From positions 3,072,001 through 3,136,000 of the forward strand of contig CAXXHB010000003.1 of the NCBI GenBank assembly GCA_963664815.2: a stretch of DNA of 64,000 nt, read 5' to 3'. A program made the translations under genes and the position numbers. Of this stretch, positions 48,501-57,805 are shown piece by piece. The DNA is from Spirochaetota bacterium (GTDB lineage: Bacteria > Spirochaetota > UBA4802 > UBA5550). Below the pieces are notes generated by a model. The model had not been told where the DNA came from and made no database searches. It worked only from the letters and a program-made list of their open reading frames with translations. Numbering within the stretch: position 1 is the first letter of the stretch; every line of letters begins with the position of its first letter.

Positions 48501-49020
48501 AGTTATCCATAAAAAAAGATACAAATGCCGGCGATGAATTATAAAGCTCAGTTCTACAGAAATCAATTACACCGAGTTCAACCAGTTCATCATCATTAAC
48601 AATCTCCGACGTAAAGAGAGATCCGCTCTCGAAGGCGTTGTCAATAAGCATCTGCCGGCAGAATGAATGAATAGTGTACACTGAAGCCTGATCAAAGTTT
48701 TTAACAGCGGTCAAAACCCTCTGCTTCATAACAGCATTTCCGATATATTGCTTCATAAGCAGTGTAACAGATTTATCCCCGATTTCAATTCCTTCAATTA
48801 CATTCACAGCATCCTTCAGCCTTTCTCTTATCCTGAGACGAAGTTCCATTGTTGCGGGAATGGTAAATGTCACTACAAGAATATCCTCAATCCCAAAGTT
48901 TTTTTCAACGATAAGCCTCAGGAAAATTATCGAAATGGCGTATGTCTTGCCTGTACCGGCACTTGCTTCGATAAGATTTGTCTCTTCAATTGGTGATTTA
49001 ATTACATCAAATTCATTCAT
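45505..49020 (-). CDS. recB: Exodeoxyribonuclease V beta subunit
   Basis: IEASAGTGKT, IDEFQDT, GDPKQAIYRFRGAD, TMHACKGLEF, YVALTRA, and C-terminal nuclease GFIDLVF...ADWKSN...QYYIY. Confidence 0.95.
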   Translation of the reverse strand: MNEFDVIKSPIEETNLIEASAGTGKTYAISIIFLRLIVEKNFGIEDILVVTFTIPATMELRLRIRERLKDAVNVIEGIEIGDKSVTLLMKQYIGNAVMKQRVLTAVKNFDQASVYTIHSFCRQMLIDNAFESGSLFTSEIVNDDELVELGVIDFCRTELYNSSPAFVSFFMDNCSPDELVKLYRKRPLSDDLRIEPDTQGADIKHLESSYKIIFSLYSKLSDAWKRCKTEVVEIIFRENFLKGNIYKDESKDALVESMDEYVAGENPFAIFDKFQNYTSDKIRNSLLKGREYQESEVFDICQELYNEYDNYYEKGRSILVQVKKRLFEKIDNIIREKRNVKCSRSFDDLIKDAKNGLDSPSGKLLAAKVASRYRAALIDEFQDTDDLQFYIFNRLFNNENTILFLIGDPKQAIYRFRGADIFSYLRAADHVKNRYSLASNWRSRRELIACINSVFEKCTNPFVFERIEFHPVRPGDDNQGEILLKSGKPATPLDIWLADDNPDAGRDLMEQLAAEISLMINRGRDNPYKLGEKSINPGNIAVLVRTGRQAAEVRDSFSRYSIPSVSRGMDNVLNTEEARSLYFISAAIAEPSVSALVRAAASTDVMGGNAESLFCFIKHSEDTDELDTLASRFYTYREIWINGGFLSMITAFMEGESVPSRLFSFKGGERMIANINQMAEILQQEEHERGLIPKELVGWFANTIASPPDDDKYSMRLERDDDAVNIITMHACKGLEFPIVYCPFLGRSGDNSDNYIIYHDEKEEYRPVIYIDKNVPEDVRNTRKKEDLAENVRLLYVALTRARSACRVMFAPNKLFTGSAAYHIFVKDSGYATGKDRENLVKALSALSSDSDGKISFTRGVVLQGKQYISEQYPADVIAAREFSGDVKGVWKTHSYSAIAAGASSAMSEVSDEKDFQSEYHARKGKGTGIFGFETGARAGLCIHEVFEKSDFTVKGREDVDDICGMVLDKYRFDVSSKVHISDMFFNVVNCTLDENSGLKLSGINSISRLSELEFNFPVESFDSGRFREIFRGGGGYCDKIYRNLADNRSEPGGMMKGFIDLVFQHSNKFYIADWKSNHLGNSYAEYSQEQIGAEMERHNYFLQYYIYTVALNRYLKLRLPGYSYEEQFGGVYYFFVRGMNPDSPGSTGIFRDKPEIGVINKMDAYFNGVI

Positions 49021-52000
49021 AATTCCACCCTTTCTTCATATTCTCAAATACAGGGGAATAAACCTTCAGTGCAAGATTGCAGAATTTACTTGTAATTGTA
49101 TATGTGTTGCCAAAGAGTTTACTTATATAGGGATCGTTCAGATCATTCCCTCCATACCTGCCATTAAAAACATTACCGGCTTTTTTTATAGCCCTTCCAC
49201 CGGGGTCACCCTTGCCGGGGCTGAAATATGTTTCAGCATATACCAGAGAACTCTTCGGGAACAACGGGATCGGCCTGATCATACCCTCTTTATAAATATC
49301 CAGAAGATCAGAAAGAATTTTTTCCGGGTTCGGGATTGTTTCCCACGACTGAATTCCTGTTTTGGAAATAAGATATGTGTCGCCGCTGAAACTCCCGGCA
49401 GTACACAATGCCAGGTGAGTAATCCACGCATAAAAAATATCCATCCCTTTCGCCATGGCATAGCGGAAGAAAATATTTTTCTTTCCGTAAATATTATCCG
49501 CAGAGCCGGTAAGGGTGAAATCTTTAATACCAAGATTGAGATTAATCTTTTCCGCCTTACCTTCAAGAACCGGGCTAAAGCTCCTGTAAAAGTTGTCAAC
49601 TTCAAAATAACACCTGTCATAAACGACCAAACCCGGCGTACCATGCGGAAGAACCCCTGATGCTTTTACAATATCAAAATAGCTCTCCTTATCATTGCAG
49701 TTAAGCAGAGATTCCATAATCCTGCCGTTCAATTTATACATTTCCAGTGTATCGGGAATAAATGGTTCCCCGTCTGTAAACTCATTGTTCTTAAGCTCAA
49801 GATAAAGACCAAGGCGTTTATTCAAAAGCGCTCTGGAGGGATTGTTCAGAAAAGCCGCAAGATCGGAGATGCTTATCGTTTTTTCATCATCTGAAAGAGG
49901 GGGGAGAGGCTTATCATTCATGAAAATATAATCGTGCTTTTCACCCGAAGCATATGACTGAGCACCCTCAACACGGCTCATCCGGTATGTAAAAAAACCG
50001 CTTTCATCTATAAAGTAAACAGGATTAAACGGCTGGATGCGATGCTCTTTAACAACATATTCCGATACTTTTTTACCGGTAGTTTCAACAAAGTAATTCT
50101 GATCTATATATTCCAGGAGTTCATTTACCACAACAGATGGATTAAGCCGGTTGTTGCCATTCATGCTCCGCCCGATATAGCTTATGAAGAGTCTTTCCCT
50201 TGCAGAAACCAGCGTTTCAAGAAAAAGATACCTGTCCTCATCCCTCACTGACCTGTCCCCACGCCTGGGGTTGCCTGAGGTAAGGTCAAAACTCAGAGAT
50301 CTTGATTTACGCGGGAATGCGGAGTCGTTCATGCCGAGAATGCATATAACCCTGCAAGGTATGCTTCTCATTGGAAGCATTTCACAGAAGGTAAGGCTGC
50401 CGCTTACAAAATTCATTCCGGAAGGGGCCTCTGAAAGTATTCTGTCAAAATACTCTATGATTACCTTCACAGATACTTTTTCAGCAAAACCCGACTCACA
50501 CTGCATCGATTTAAATTTATCCGCTGCCGCCACAATGGAACTGAATCCGGAAGGAATATCTCCTGCAATAAAAAGTGTGTTCAGGATAAAGATGATAATA
50601 CCGCTCCATTCTGCAAGAGTGTAGCTGTTCTTAATCATGTAATAGATATCTCTGAGCGAATTAAATAATGAAATAAACCTGCCGAGCACCTGCAGATCAC
50701 CCCCTTCAATCTCATGGTATGGCAGAATTCCAAGTGAGGTTTTCTCTCCCGGACCCATTATTCCCCCCATAAGCATTCTGCAGAAACCAAAACTCCATGT
50801 GTTTTCAGCAACTCCCGGGAGTCCCAATTCCTCTTTATACGATGCATCTATTCCCCAGAAGACGCGTGCTTCACGCACCCAGCGCGCCGCCAAATTTACA
50901 TCTTCGCGGCTTAAATCAAATTTTTTTCTTATTTCTTCACACTCTGCAATACTGAGTACATGAGAGGCGGTAAACCTCCCGTCACCCAGGGCAAGTATCT
51001 TAAAAAAAGTTTCGATACTAACGCTGGAATTCTTAAGCTTCCTGTCAACAATGCGGAAAGGTATATGCGGGATATCCCCTCCGCTGTTTCCGAATATTCC
51101 CTGGATAGAACCTGTATACTCTTCGATGTCCGGCGACATCACCAGAATATCACCCGGTGCGAGTGTTTTATCTTTACTCAGAAGGTCGAGTATATAGTCG
51201 TGAAGAACCTCCGTCTCTCTCATCGGGCTATGACATGAATTTATGGTGATGGAAGCGTCTTTTATAATCTGATCTTCGGTAAAAACATGGATTAAACCTT
51301 TTTGCAAGACTTCATTCATAGTATAGATATCATTTTGAATCATAGTAAGAAGAGATTTTCTCTCCGGCTCAGCAAAGAACCCTTCGGTATCAAGATCAGA
51401 CATTAGTATATTAAACAGGAAATCTCTCCCCACTCGTCCAAGAGATGCAAGAAGCGTATTCCCCTGATCTGTGTGAAGATACTCCTCCGGATCACCGGGT
51501 ATTATCGGGGAAGTTGAAATAATTCTCCGTTTCTCCTTCTCTGTGAGAATATTCCCCCAGTATTCCGGTGAAGGATTCAGGATAAAAAGATTGACATCTG
51601 AATACAATGAGGCCGCTCTCAGAATATTAAGGTGATATACGGGAAGATAGGATATACCGAAAACTGAAATCCTATCCGGGAGGTTCACAGGAGTAAATTT
51701 ATCTTCACCTCCCAACAGACTGTAGATTTTATAGAGAAGTGCCGGTGGATGCTCCCCCGCCATACCTTTAGTCAGCATACGCCATATTTCAGCCTGCCAC
51801 TCTTCTTTCATCGCGCCATTGTCCCAGTCGATAATCATTTCCGGCCTGAACGTCAGATATTGATCGAAGAGGTCAATAATCTTTGATGCAATCTGATAGA
51901 GTTTTATTCCTGTTGTGTCGTTTTTTATATAAACTGAAAGATCACTGAACAGCGGATTATTCCTCTCCTCCAGAATAATACCCGCGCACCTGAATGTCAT

Positions 52001-52273
52001 TATATCCCTGTCAAAATACCTTTCATCTCCGCTTCCAGGAAGAAAAGAGTTAAGTATTTTCCCCGCCATTTTATTCGGAAAATAATATTCATAGTTGGAC
52101 CATAATCCAAGCCGTCTGCTCATCTCGACTGTAAGCCACTTCATCATCCCCATACTCTGGAGAACAATCGTCTCCTTTGTAAAAACAGACAATGGTGCCG
52201 AAGAAACTATTTCAGCAAATTTATCCGTAAGTATTTCAAGTCTGTTTCCTGAGTAAAGTGTTAGTCCCGGCAT
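49013..52273 (-). CDS. recC: Exodeoxyribonuclease V gamma subunit
   Basis: SGNRLE, LFDQYLTFRP, NPSPEYWG, CHSPMRETEVLHD, PMRSIP, DRYLFLETLVSARE. First gene of recC-recB-recD. Confidence 0.95.
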   Translation of the reverse strand: MPGLTLYSGNRLEILTDKFAEIVSSAPLSVFTKETIVLQSMGMMKWLTVEMSRRLGLWSNYEYYFPNKMAGKILNSFLPGSGDERYFDRDIMTFRCAGIILEERNNPLFSDLSVYIKNDTTGIKLYQIASKIIDLFDQYLTFRPEMIIDWDNGAMKEEWQAEIWRMLTKGMAGEHPPALLYKIYSLLGGEDKFTPVNLPDRISVFGISYLPVYHLNILRAASLYSDVNLFILNPSPEYWGNILTEKEKRRIISTSPIIPGDPEEYLHTDQGNTLLASLGRVGRDFLFNILMSDLDTEGFFAEPERKSLLTMIQNDIYTMNEVLQKGLIHVFTEDQIIKDASITINSCHSPMRETEVLHDYILDLLSKDKTLAPGDILVMSPDIEEYTGSIQGIFGNSGGDIPHIPFRIVDRKLKNSSVSIETFFKILALGDGRFTASHVLSIAECEEIRKKFDLSREDVNLAARWVREARVFWGIDASYKEELGLPGVAENTWSFGFCRMLMGGIMGPGEKTSLGILPYHEIEGGDLQVLGRFISLFNSLRDIYYMIKNSYTLAEWSGIIIFILNTLFIAGDIPSGFSSIVAAADKFKSMQCESGFAEKVSVKVIIEYFDRILSEAPSGMNFVSGSLTFCEMLPMRSIPCRVICILGMNDSAFPRKSRSLSFDLTSGNPRRGDRSVRDEDRYLFLETLVSARERLFISYIGRSMNGNNRLNPSVVVNELLEYIDQNYFVETTGKKVSEYVVKEHRIQPFNPVYFIDESGFFTYRMSRVEGAQSYASGEKHDYIFMNDKPLPPLSDDEKTISISDLAAFLNNPSRALLNKRLGLYLELKNNEFTDGEPFIPDTLEMYKLNGRIMESLLNCNDKESYFDIVKASGVLPHGTPGLVVYDRCYFEVDNFYRSFSPVLEGKAEKINLNLGIKDFTLTGSADNIYGKKNIFFRYAMAKGMDIFYAWITHLALCTAGSFSGDTYLISKTGIQSWETIPNPEKILSDLLDIYKEGMIRPIPLFPKSSLVYAETYFSPGKGDPGGRAIKKAGNVFNGRYGGNDLNDPYISKLFGNTYTITSKFCNLALKVYSPVFENMKKGWNYE

Positions 52274-52811
52274 TTGACCTCATACCCCTTCCCTGATCTC
52301 CCTATAGAGATATGGAAATTTAAGATAATTATTTAAATCAAGAAAAGCTATAGTTTACATTAGTAATAATGAATATACATGAATTATCTAAAAGTTGCAG
52401 AAAGGTTTGATAATTCTGTGTTATAAATCAGATGCATAACCATATATAACATTATCACCTTTAATTTTTATAGAGAAACATTACTGTTTATATGCACAGG
52501 TTTTAAGTCCATTACTCACTCCTGTAATACTCTATTCAGATATACTACACAAATACACAGCAATTAAAAGTAACAGTCAAGAATTTTATCTCAATGGACC
52601 TGATTAGAGTTTAAGCTGTAACAGTTGCAATGCATTTGAATTGCCTATGACAATACATAGATTAAAATGATAAAACCGACCGAAAAATCGCCTCATAAAA
52701 TAAATTTTAAGATCCGTCGTAATTTAAAAAAATTATTATTATATTAACGCATTACATTACAAAATAGTGTTTTGATCATTTCACTATTTAAAATCAGAAA
52801 ACATTGTATAA

Positions 52812-52844
52812 ATATAAGTAAAGTGATATACACTTTACTTATAT
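52812..52844. promoter_or_regulatory. Perfect 14-bp inverted repeat, candidate operator
   Basis: ATATAAGTAAAGTG-ATATA-CACTTTACTTATAT in the 1.3-kb spacer upstream of recC. Confidence 0.5.
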
Positions 52845-52909
52845 AAACCTTAAATATCAAAATTGCATGATTATTGTTTTAATGATAAAGTCGCTCCGGA
52901 AACTTATAC

Positions 52910-53021
52910 TATAACTGTTAACGATTGAATCAGTCCATTTTTCGTCATTCCCGCGAAGGCGGGAATCCCATAGAATAAGTATTTTGAGATTCCCGGCTGA
53001 ATATTGATAAGTATTCAGCCG
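52910..53021. repeat. CGTC-type REP palindrome with a MITE-like end related to the 7717-7917 element
   Basis: CGTCATTCCCGCGAAGGCGGGAATCC (52943-52968), truncated partner GATTCCCG, and hairpin CGGCTGAATA-N8-TATTCAGCCG (52994-53021). The first 43 nt align ungapped at 30/43 with the reverse-complemented right end of the 7717-7917 element. Confidence 0.65.
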
Positions 53022-53133
53022 TTTTAAACAACAGTATTTATTATTGCAATACTTGATAATGAGTTTGCCGTAAAGAGTTTGAACGGGTGCAGAACCATAT
53101 GATGAAAGACTTTTAACACTACCGAGGTGGATT

Positions 53134-53316
53134 ATTAAAAATATAATCTTCGATTATGCCTGTTTAAAATGCGGACGAAAATTAACAGGAGCACAGGTGG
53201 GTCCTATTGAAGGCCGGATCCGCTATCATTGTAGTAATTGCAGCCATACAATAATAGTAGATCCGGGATTAACCGAACACGCAAATTCAATAGAAAAATA
53301 CAAAGCTGCCAAATAA
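53134..53316 (+). CDS. Unannotated ~60-aa zinc-ribbon protein with non-canonical (ATT) or mutated start
   Basis: IKNIIFDYACLKCGRKLTGAQVGPIEGRIRYHCSNCSHTIIVDPGLTEHANSIEKYKAAK has two CxxC pairs. GAGGTG RBS at 53124-53129. No in-frame ATG/GTG/TTG between the upstream TGA (53080) and the first CxxC. Confidence 0.55.
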   Translation: MKNIIFDYACLKCGRKLTGAQVGPIEGRIRYHCSNCSHTIIVDPGLTEHANSIEKYKAAK

Positions 53317-53571
53317 TCTTCATCCCATTTATAAATCAGAACTCCACTCGGGATGCGTGCGTCTGCAGAAAAAGATCAGACTCTTTTATCCGACACCTTC
53401 TGAAGTGAAGATATTTTCGTAACAACATAAATTTCAGCATTATCAGGAACTTTTGTAAAGTCTTATTCCGGTCAGACCTTAGAAGCCTGGGAGGGCACAA
53501 AGTATAAAACTATGACTAAATTAATATAACACATTGCAGCAGAAGATTTTCAGATAGAGTCTGTTGTGAGT

Positions 53572-56217
53572 TTACTTGCTTTCCCCTCCATTCAACAGCC
53601 TTACCAGCTGCTCCTGGCGGTATGGTTTACTTATACTGCCGTTAAATCCAAAATCCTCAGGTCTGGATATAACCGGGTCTTCAGAAAAACCACTTGATGC
53701 GTAAACCGGCATCGACGGGTATTTCTTTCTTATCTCGACAAGGGTATCTTTCCCACCCATACCACCGGGGATGGTAAGATCAAGAATTGCACCATCAAAG
53801 GGCTCACCCTTTTCAGCGGCGCTTTCAATCAGTTTTAAAGCCTCTTCACCGTTGCTCGCATCAATAGTAGTGTAACCTGCCAAAGCAAGCATCTCACCAG
53901 ATATTTCCCTTATAAACTCTTCATCATCCATAATGAGTATTTTTCCAGGAACTCTCTGTGAATATATTGCTGGTTTCTGATTCTCAGAAATTTCCCCGGA
54001 TGAAGCCGGGAGATATATATGAAAAACAGAACCTCTGCCTGGAACCGACTCTGCCTCAATAAGCCCATCATGTTTCTTTATAATTGAATAACAGGTGGCA
54101 AGACCAAGCCCGTTACCCTGCTGTCTGGTCGTAAAGAATGGATCAAATATTCTCTTCAGGTGATCAGGATGTATGCCAGTTCCCGTATCAGATATAGATA
54201 ATTTTACATAATCACCTTTTTTAAGCAGAGGATTGGCGTTATGATTAAAATTGACATTTTCACCCTTAATAGTTATTTTCCCTCCTGCAGGCATAGCCTG
54301 TATTGCATTTACAATTATATTATCAATTACCTGTGCTATCTGGTTTTTGTCATAATCGCACTGACTGAGATTCTTTTCAATAAAGAATTCGCAGGATATA
54401 TCTGAACCTGAAAGGGCAAGTGCAGCGATGTCATTGACAAGCATTCCAATGTTTCCGGTTTTGCGAACAGGCACTCCCCCTTTTGAAAATGTAAGAAGCT
54501 GCTGTGTAAGCTCCCTACCCCGGTTGAATATATCAAATGCCTTGTCTAGATACTGCAATACCTTTTCATCACTTGAACATTTCAATCTTGCAATTTCAAT
54601 ATAACCGAATATTCCGCTTAAAAGATTATTGAAGTCATGAGCTATACCACCGGCAAGAACACCAAGAGAATTAAGTCTGTCGGTCTGTTGTACCGCGTCA
54701 AGTAATTTTATCTTTTCGGTCATATCTCTGAAAACTATAACAGCTCCGATAACGTTGTTATTATTGTCCCTGATCTGCGCCCCGTTATGCGAAATTACCC
54801 TTTCCGTTCCATTCTTTGAAAGAAGTATTGTATGGTTTTCAGCCTCGGTAGATATTCCGTTTTTAATAACCTTAAAAGCAGGGTTTTCACACTGCATTCG
54901 GGTTGATTCATCTATAATATTGAATACAGTATTGAATGGTATACCATCTACATCATTCACACTCCACCCGGTAAGTTCCTCCGCCACGCGGTTCATAATT
55001 ACTATACTGCACTTGTCATCTGTTGTAATTACTCCGTCCCCTATGCTGCGTAGTGTTACAGAAAGTCTTTCCCTTTCGGCAGCAAGATTATCCTCATAAA
55101 GTTTACGTTCCGAAATATCACGAATAAATGCCTGATACGTACCATCAGGCATCATCTTTGTATTCATCCCTATAAAAATTACCGAACCATCTTTTTTTAC
55201 AAGATAGCGTTCGTTATATACTGTTAAACCCTGCTTAAGCAGATCATATCTGAGAGGTACTCTTATACTTTCTTCTTCAGAAAAAAGAAATTTTATATTT
55301 TTCCCTGCAAATTCATCCCGGGCATATCCTGTAAGTTCGCATGCGCGTTCATTAACACCTGTTACAATTCCCTCTGAAGTACCAAACAATATGGCATCCG
55401 GAGCAAGTTCTATGATAGATTTAAACCGCGCTTCACTCTCGATATGGTTTTTCTCAAACCGTTTCCTTTTTGAAATGTCTCGCACTGAGGCGAGGATTCT
55501 GTCCACCCCTTCAATTTTAACGCTGCTTAGAAATATTTCCGCCCAGAATGTGTCTCCATTTTTTCTCCTGGCTATCATCTCACAGGATTTTTTCCCCGAT
55601 TCAAAATATGTCTGAATCAGGCTTTCCCCGCTTTCCTGTATATTATCCTTGTCAACAACCCAGAGATCTTTGTTTTTTCCGTTGAGAAGTTCGTTCTTAT
55701 CTTTATAACCATACATATTCAGCATTTTTTTATTTACGTCAAGAATCGCGCCATTTAACATGTCATGAATAAAGAGAGCATCGCTTGATGAATCAAAAAT
55801 TTCATGGTAGTTTTTTTCGTTTATTTTCGCTCTATCAGAGGCTTTAAAAAGTTCAAATGCCATATCGATGGAAGATTTAAGAACAAAGTCCTTCGAGCTT
55901 TTAATAACATAGCCATAATGAATAATTCCCTGTACTCTCTCCACCATCTGCTGCCCCTCATGGGCTGTAAGAAAAATTACCGGTATATTTCTGTATTTCT
56001 GAATCTCTTTTGCAGTCTCCGCTCCACCGATACCTTCACCAAGATCAATATCCATGAGTATAAGACTTACAGCTTCATTTTCAGAACAGATCTTAATAGC
56101 CCCTTCCCCTGAGTTAACAGAAACAGCAGTATATCCGAATTTAATCAGGGACTGCATCAACTTTGACGAAATAAAAGCTTCATCCTCTACAAGCAAAATA
56201 GTTTTATCCCTGTTCAA
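53572..56217 (-). CDS. Cytoplasmic hybrid kinase: REC + 3 PAS + HisKA + HATPase + REC
   Basis: N-terminal REC (LVEDE, LMDIDL), three PAS-PAC units, GGIAHDFNN, DTGTG, GNGLGLA, C-terminal REC (MDDE, ILDLTIPG, SKPY). Confidence 0.9.
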   Translation of the reverse strand: MNRDKTILLVEDEAFISSKLMQSLIKFGYTAVSVNSGEGAIKICSENEAVSLILMDIDLGEGIGGAETAKEIQKYRNIPVIFLTAHEGQQMVERVQGIIHYGYVIKSSKDFVLKSSIDMAFELFKASDRAKINEKNYHEIFDSSSDALFIHDMLNGAILDVNKKMLNMYGYKDKNELLNGKNKDLWVVDKDNIQESGESLIQTYFESGKKSCEMIARRKNGDTFWAEIFLSSVKIEGVDRILASVRDISKRKRFEKNHIESEARFKSIIELAPDAILFGTSEGIVTGVNERACELTGYARDEFAGKNIKFLFSEEESIRVPLRYDLLKQGLTVYNERYLVKKDGSVIFIGMNTKMMPDGTYQAFIRDISERKLYEDNLAAERERLSVTLRSIGDGVITTDDKCSIVIMNRVAEELTGWSVNDVDGIPFNTVFNIIDESTRMQCENPAFKVIKNGISTEAENHTILLSKNGTERVISHNGAQIRDNNNNVIGAVIVFRDMTEKIKLLDAVQQTDRLNSLGVLAGGIAHDFNNLLSGIFGYIEIARLKCSSDEKVLQYLDKAFDIFNRGRELTQQLLTFSKGGVPVRKTGNIGMLVNDIAALALSGSDISCEFFIEKNLSQCDYDKNQIAQVIDNIIVNAIQAMPAGGKITIKGENVNFNHNANPLLKKGDYVKLSISDTGTGIHPDHLKRIFDPFFTTRQQGNGLGLATCYSIIKKHDGLIEAESVPGRGSVFHIYLPASSGEISENQKPAIYSQRVPGKILIMDDEEFIREISGEMLALAGYTTIDASNGEEALKLIESAAEKGEPFDGAILDLTIPGGMGGKDTLVEIRKKYPSMPVYASSGFSEDPVISRPEDFGFNGSISKPYRQEQLVRLLNGGESK

Positions 56218-56416
56218 ATTCTTCTCCGAAAAACAGATTTTAAATATTAAAGAAGGGAATAATCAGTATTATCCATTTGGAAAAAATGTAGTAAATTACT
56301 TAAGCCATTTCATCAAAAAAAAGCATTTTTTTAATATTTTGGAGGGATACTTCTATATATACCTTCCCTCCCCCCTATCCACTTTCAGCGAGATTGTACA
56401 GGAGGGGGTGAGATAT

Positions 56417-57070
56417 CTACTCAAACGGTTTATCGAACTTTTTGTCCATTGCATTATTATGATTAAGCATTCCATCCCAGAGGAAGCTGTTTACCATGGG
56501 TATCACCTGTTTCAGGTTTTCAGCGGTGAGATGCTCCGGGTGCGCCAGTTTTTTCATAATTTCAGAATTAAATTTTCCGGTTTCCCCGAAATCCTTCCCT
56601 AACCTGTAGAAACCTGCAAATAGCTTCTCTACCAGAAACGGCGGCTGCACAGTCAACCCCTCGCAGCCCCCCTTGCAGATTGTCCCGATGTATATGCATC
56701 CAAGGCGTCTGGCCAGTTTTTCAAGGTATCTTTCCACAAACCTGTTGTGACAGGTTTCAGGAAATCCGTTCTGCACCAGAAACATCAGTTTAAGATCAGG
56801 ACGTTTACCCTTCATCTCTTCGAGAGACTCGATAAACTCCTTTACTGATCCGGGCATGGCGTCAACATACAGAGGGAAAGCAATCATCAGCATCTCTGCA
56901 CCAATAAAAATTTTTTTAAGGTTTTCAAAAGAGGGCCTCTCCTTTATCAGGTAGAATACTTCTACATCGTTCCCCGGGGTTTCGGTAAACCCCTGAGTAA
57001 AATGTTCAAGCAGCTTACCGGTATTACCCGAAACGCCGCGTGGTGATCCATTAATTATTGATAATTTCAT
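56417..57070 (-). CDS. Flavodoxin-like / NADPH-dependent FMN reductase family protein
   Basis: INGSPRGVSGNT FMN-binding loop, FPLYVDAMPG, QNGFPE. Overlaps the upstream flavoprotein. Confidence 0.8.
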   Translation of the reverse strand: MKLSIINGSPRGVSGNTGKLLEHFTQGFTETPGNDVEVFYLIKERPSFENLKKIFIGAEMLMIAFPLYVDAMPGSVKEFIESLEEMKGKRPDLKLMFLVQNGFPETCHNRFVERYLEKLARRLGCIYIGTICKGGCEGLTVQPPFLVEKLFAGFYRLGKDFGETGKFNSEIMKKLAHPEHLTAENLKQVIPMVNSFLWDGMLNHNNAMDKKFDKPFE

Positions 57071-57596
57071 CAGCTAACTCCTCCGGGGATGTTGTTGTTG
57101 AAGTTACAAATCCAAGTCTGCTCTGAAGATTGATTGCAGCACGTTCGAATATCATTTTTATTATTGAAATATCCTCTTCATCAGTTTCTCCGCTCCGTTC
57201 AAGATACAAACCAAGTACCGGGTACTTTTCATATCTCTTCATGTGATGAACTTCACCGTTTATATCCTCTAGGTAAGGGTGTATCAGAGGGATTATACGA
57301 TCGAGGGCATTCTTAAGCATTGCCGAGGGATATCCCATGATTACAGGAGAAGCCAGAAGCACAAAGTCGGAATGCAGTACCTTGCGGCACAATATATCAC
57401 CATCGTCCCTGAAAACACAAAGTCCTGGAGTTTTTACCCAGCAGTTGAAACAACCCCTGCAAGGAGAATATTTCATGTCACGCAGAATTAACTCATCGGC
57501 ATCTACACCTTTTTCTGACAGTGTGGAAATCAGTCTCCGGAGAGTGCTGTTAACACCTGAATCGATGCTGAAACTGTTTAGTACCAGTACTTTCAT
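57051..57596 (-). CDS. Iron-sulfur flavoprotein-like (flavodoxin family) protein
   Basis: CRGCFNCWVKTPGLC Fe-S cysteine motif, ASPVIMG, LKNALDR. Start taken at ATG 57596 after GGAGG. Confidence 0.82.
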   Translation of the reverse strand: MKVLVLNSFSIDSGVNSTLRRLISTLSEKGVDADELILRDMKYSPCRGCFNCWVKTPGLCVFRDDGDILCRKVLHSDFVLLASPVIMGYPSAMLKNALDRIIPLIHPYLEDINGEVHHMKRYEKYPVLGLYLERSGETDEEDISIIKMIFERAAINLQSRLGFVTSTTTSPEELADEIINN

Positions 57597-57611
57597 GATT
57601 TCCTCCCCATG

Positions 57612-57655
57612 TATGCAATATGTTGCATATGACAATCCTAAATACAATTTGTCAA
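57612..57655 (-). promoter_or_regulatory. Putative promoter with palindromic operator upstream of the flavoprotein pair
   Basis: Minus-strand TTGACA at 57655-57650. Near-perfect palindrome TATGCAATATGTTGCATA (57612-57629) over the expected -10/+1 region. Confidence 0.5.
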
Positions 57656-57805
57656 GAAATATATCACTTAATGAAGCAGGGGTTCTGCCATTTCGGGTTT
57701 AATAATCAGAACGTATCATAAACATCTGTGAGCATATAATGTATTTCCTGCAAACCGGCACCCGCAATAAGACTGAAGTATATCCGTAATATATTTTATC
57801 ACATT

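Noticed and set aside
48860-49660. 266-aa plus-strand ORF, and similar antisense ORFs such as 1597..2223, 50184..50624 and 56054..56602
   Set aside because: They overlap well-supported genes on the opposite strand and show no recognisable motifs, so they are shadow frames.
43636-52273. recC-recB-recD as a novel helicase-nuclease defence system
   Set aside because: Motifs, sizes and gene order match canonical RecBCD.
53226-53460. Minus-strand frame with an internal TGA (53376-53378) as selenocysteine/readthrough or a pseudogene
   Set aside because: No start or RBS, no evident SECIS-like hairpin, no recognisable family, and it overlaps the better-supported zinc-ribbon ORF.
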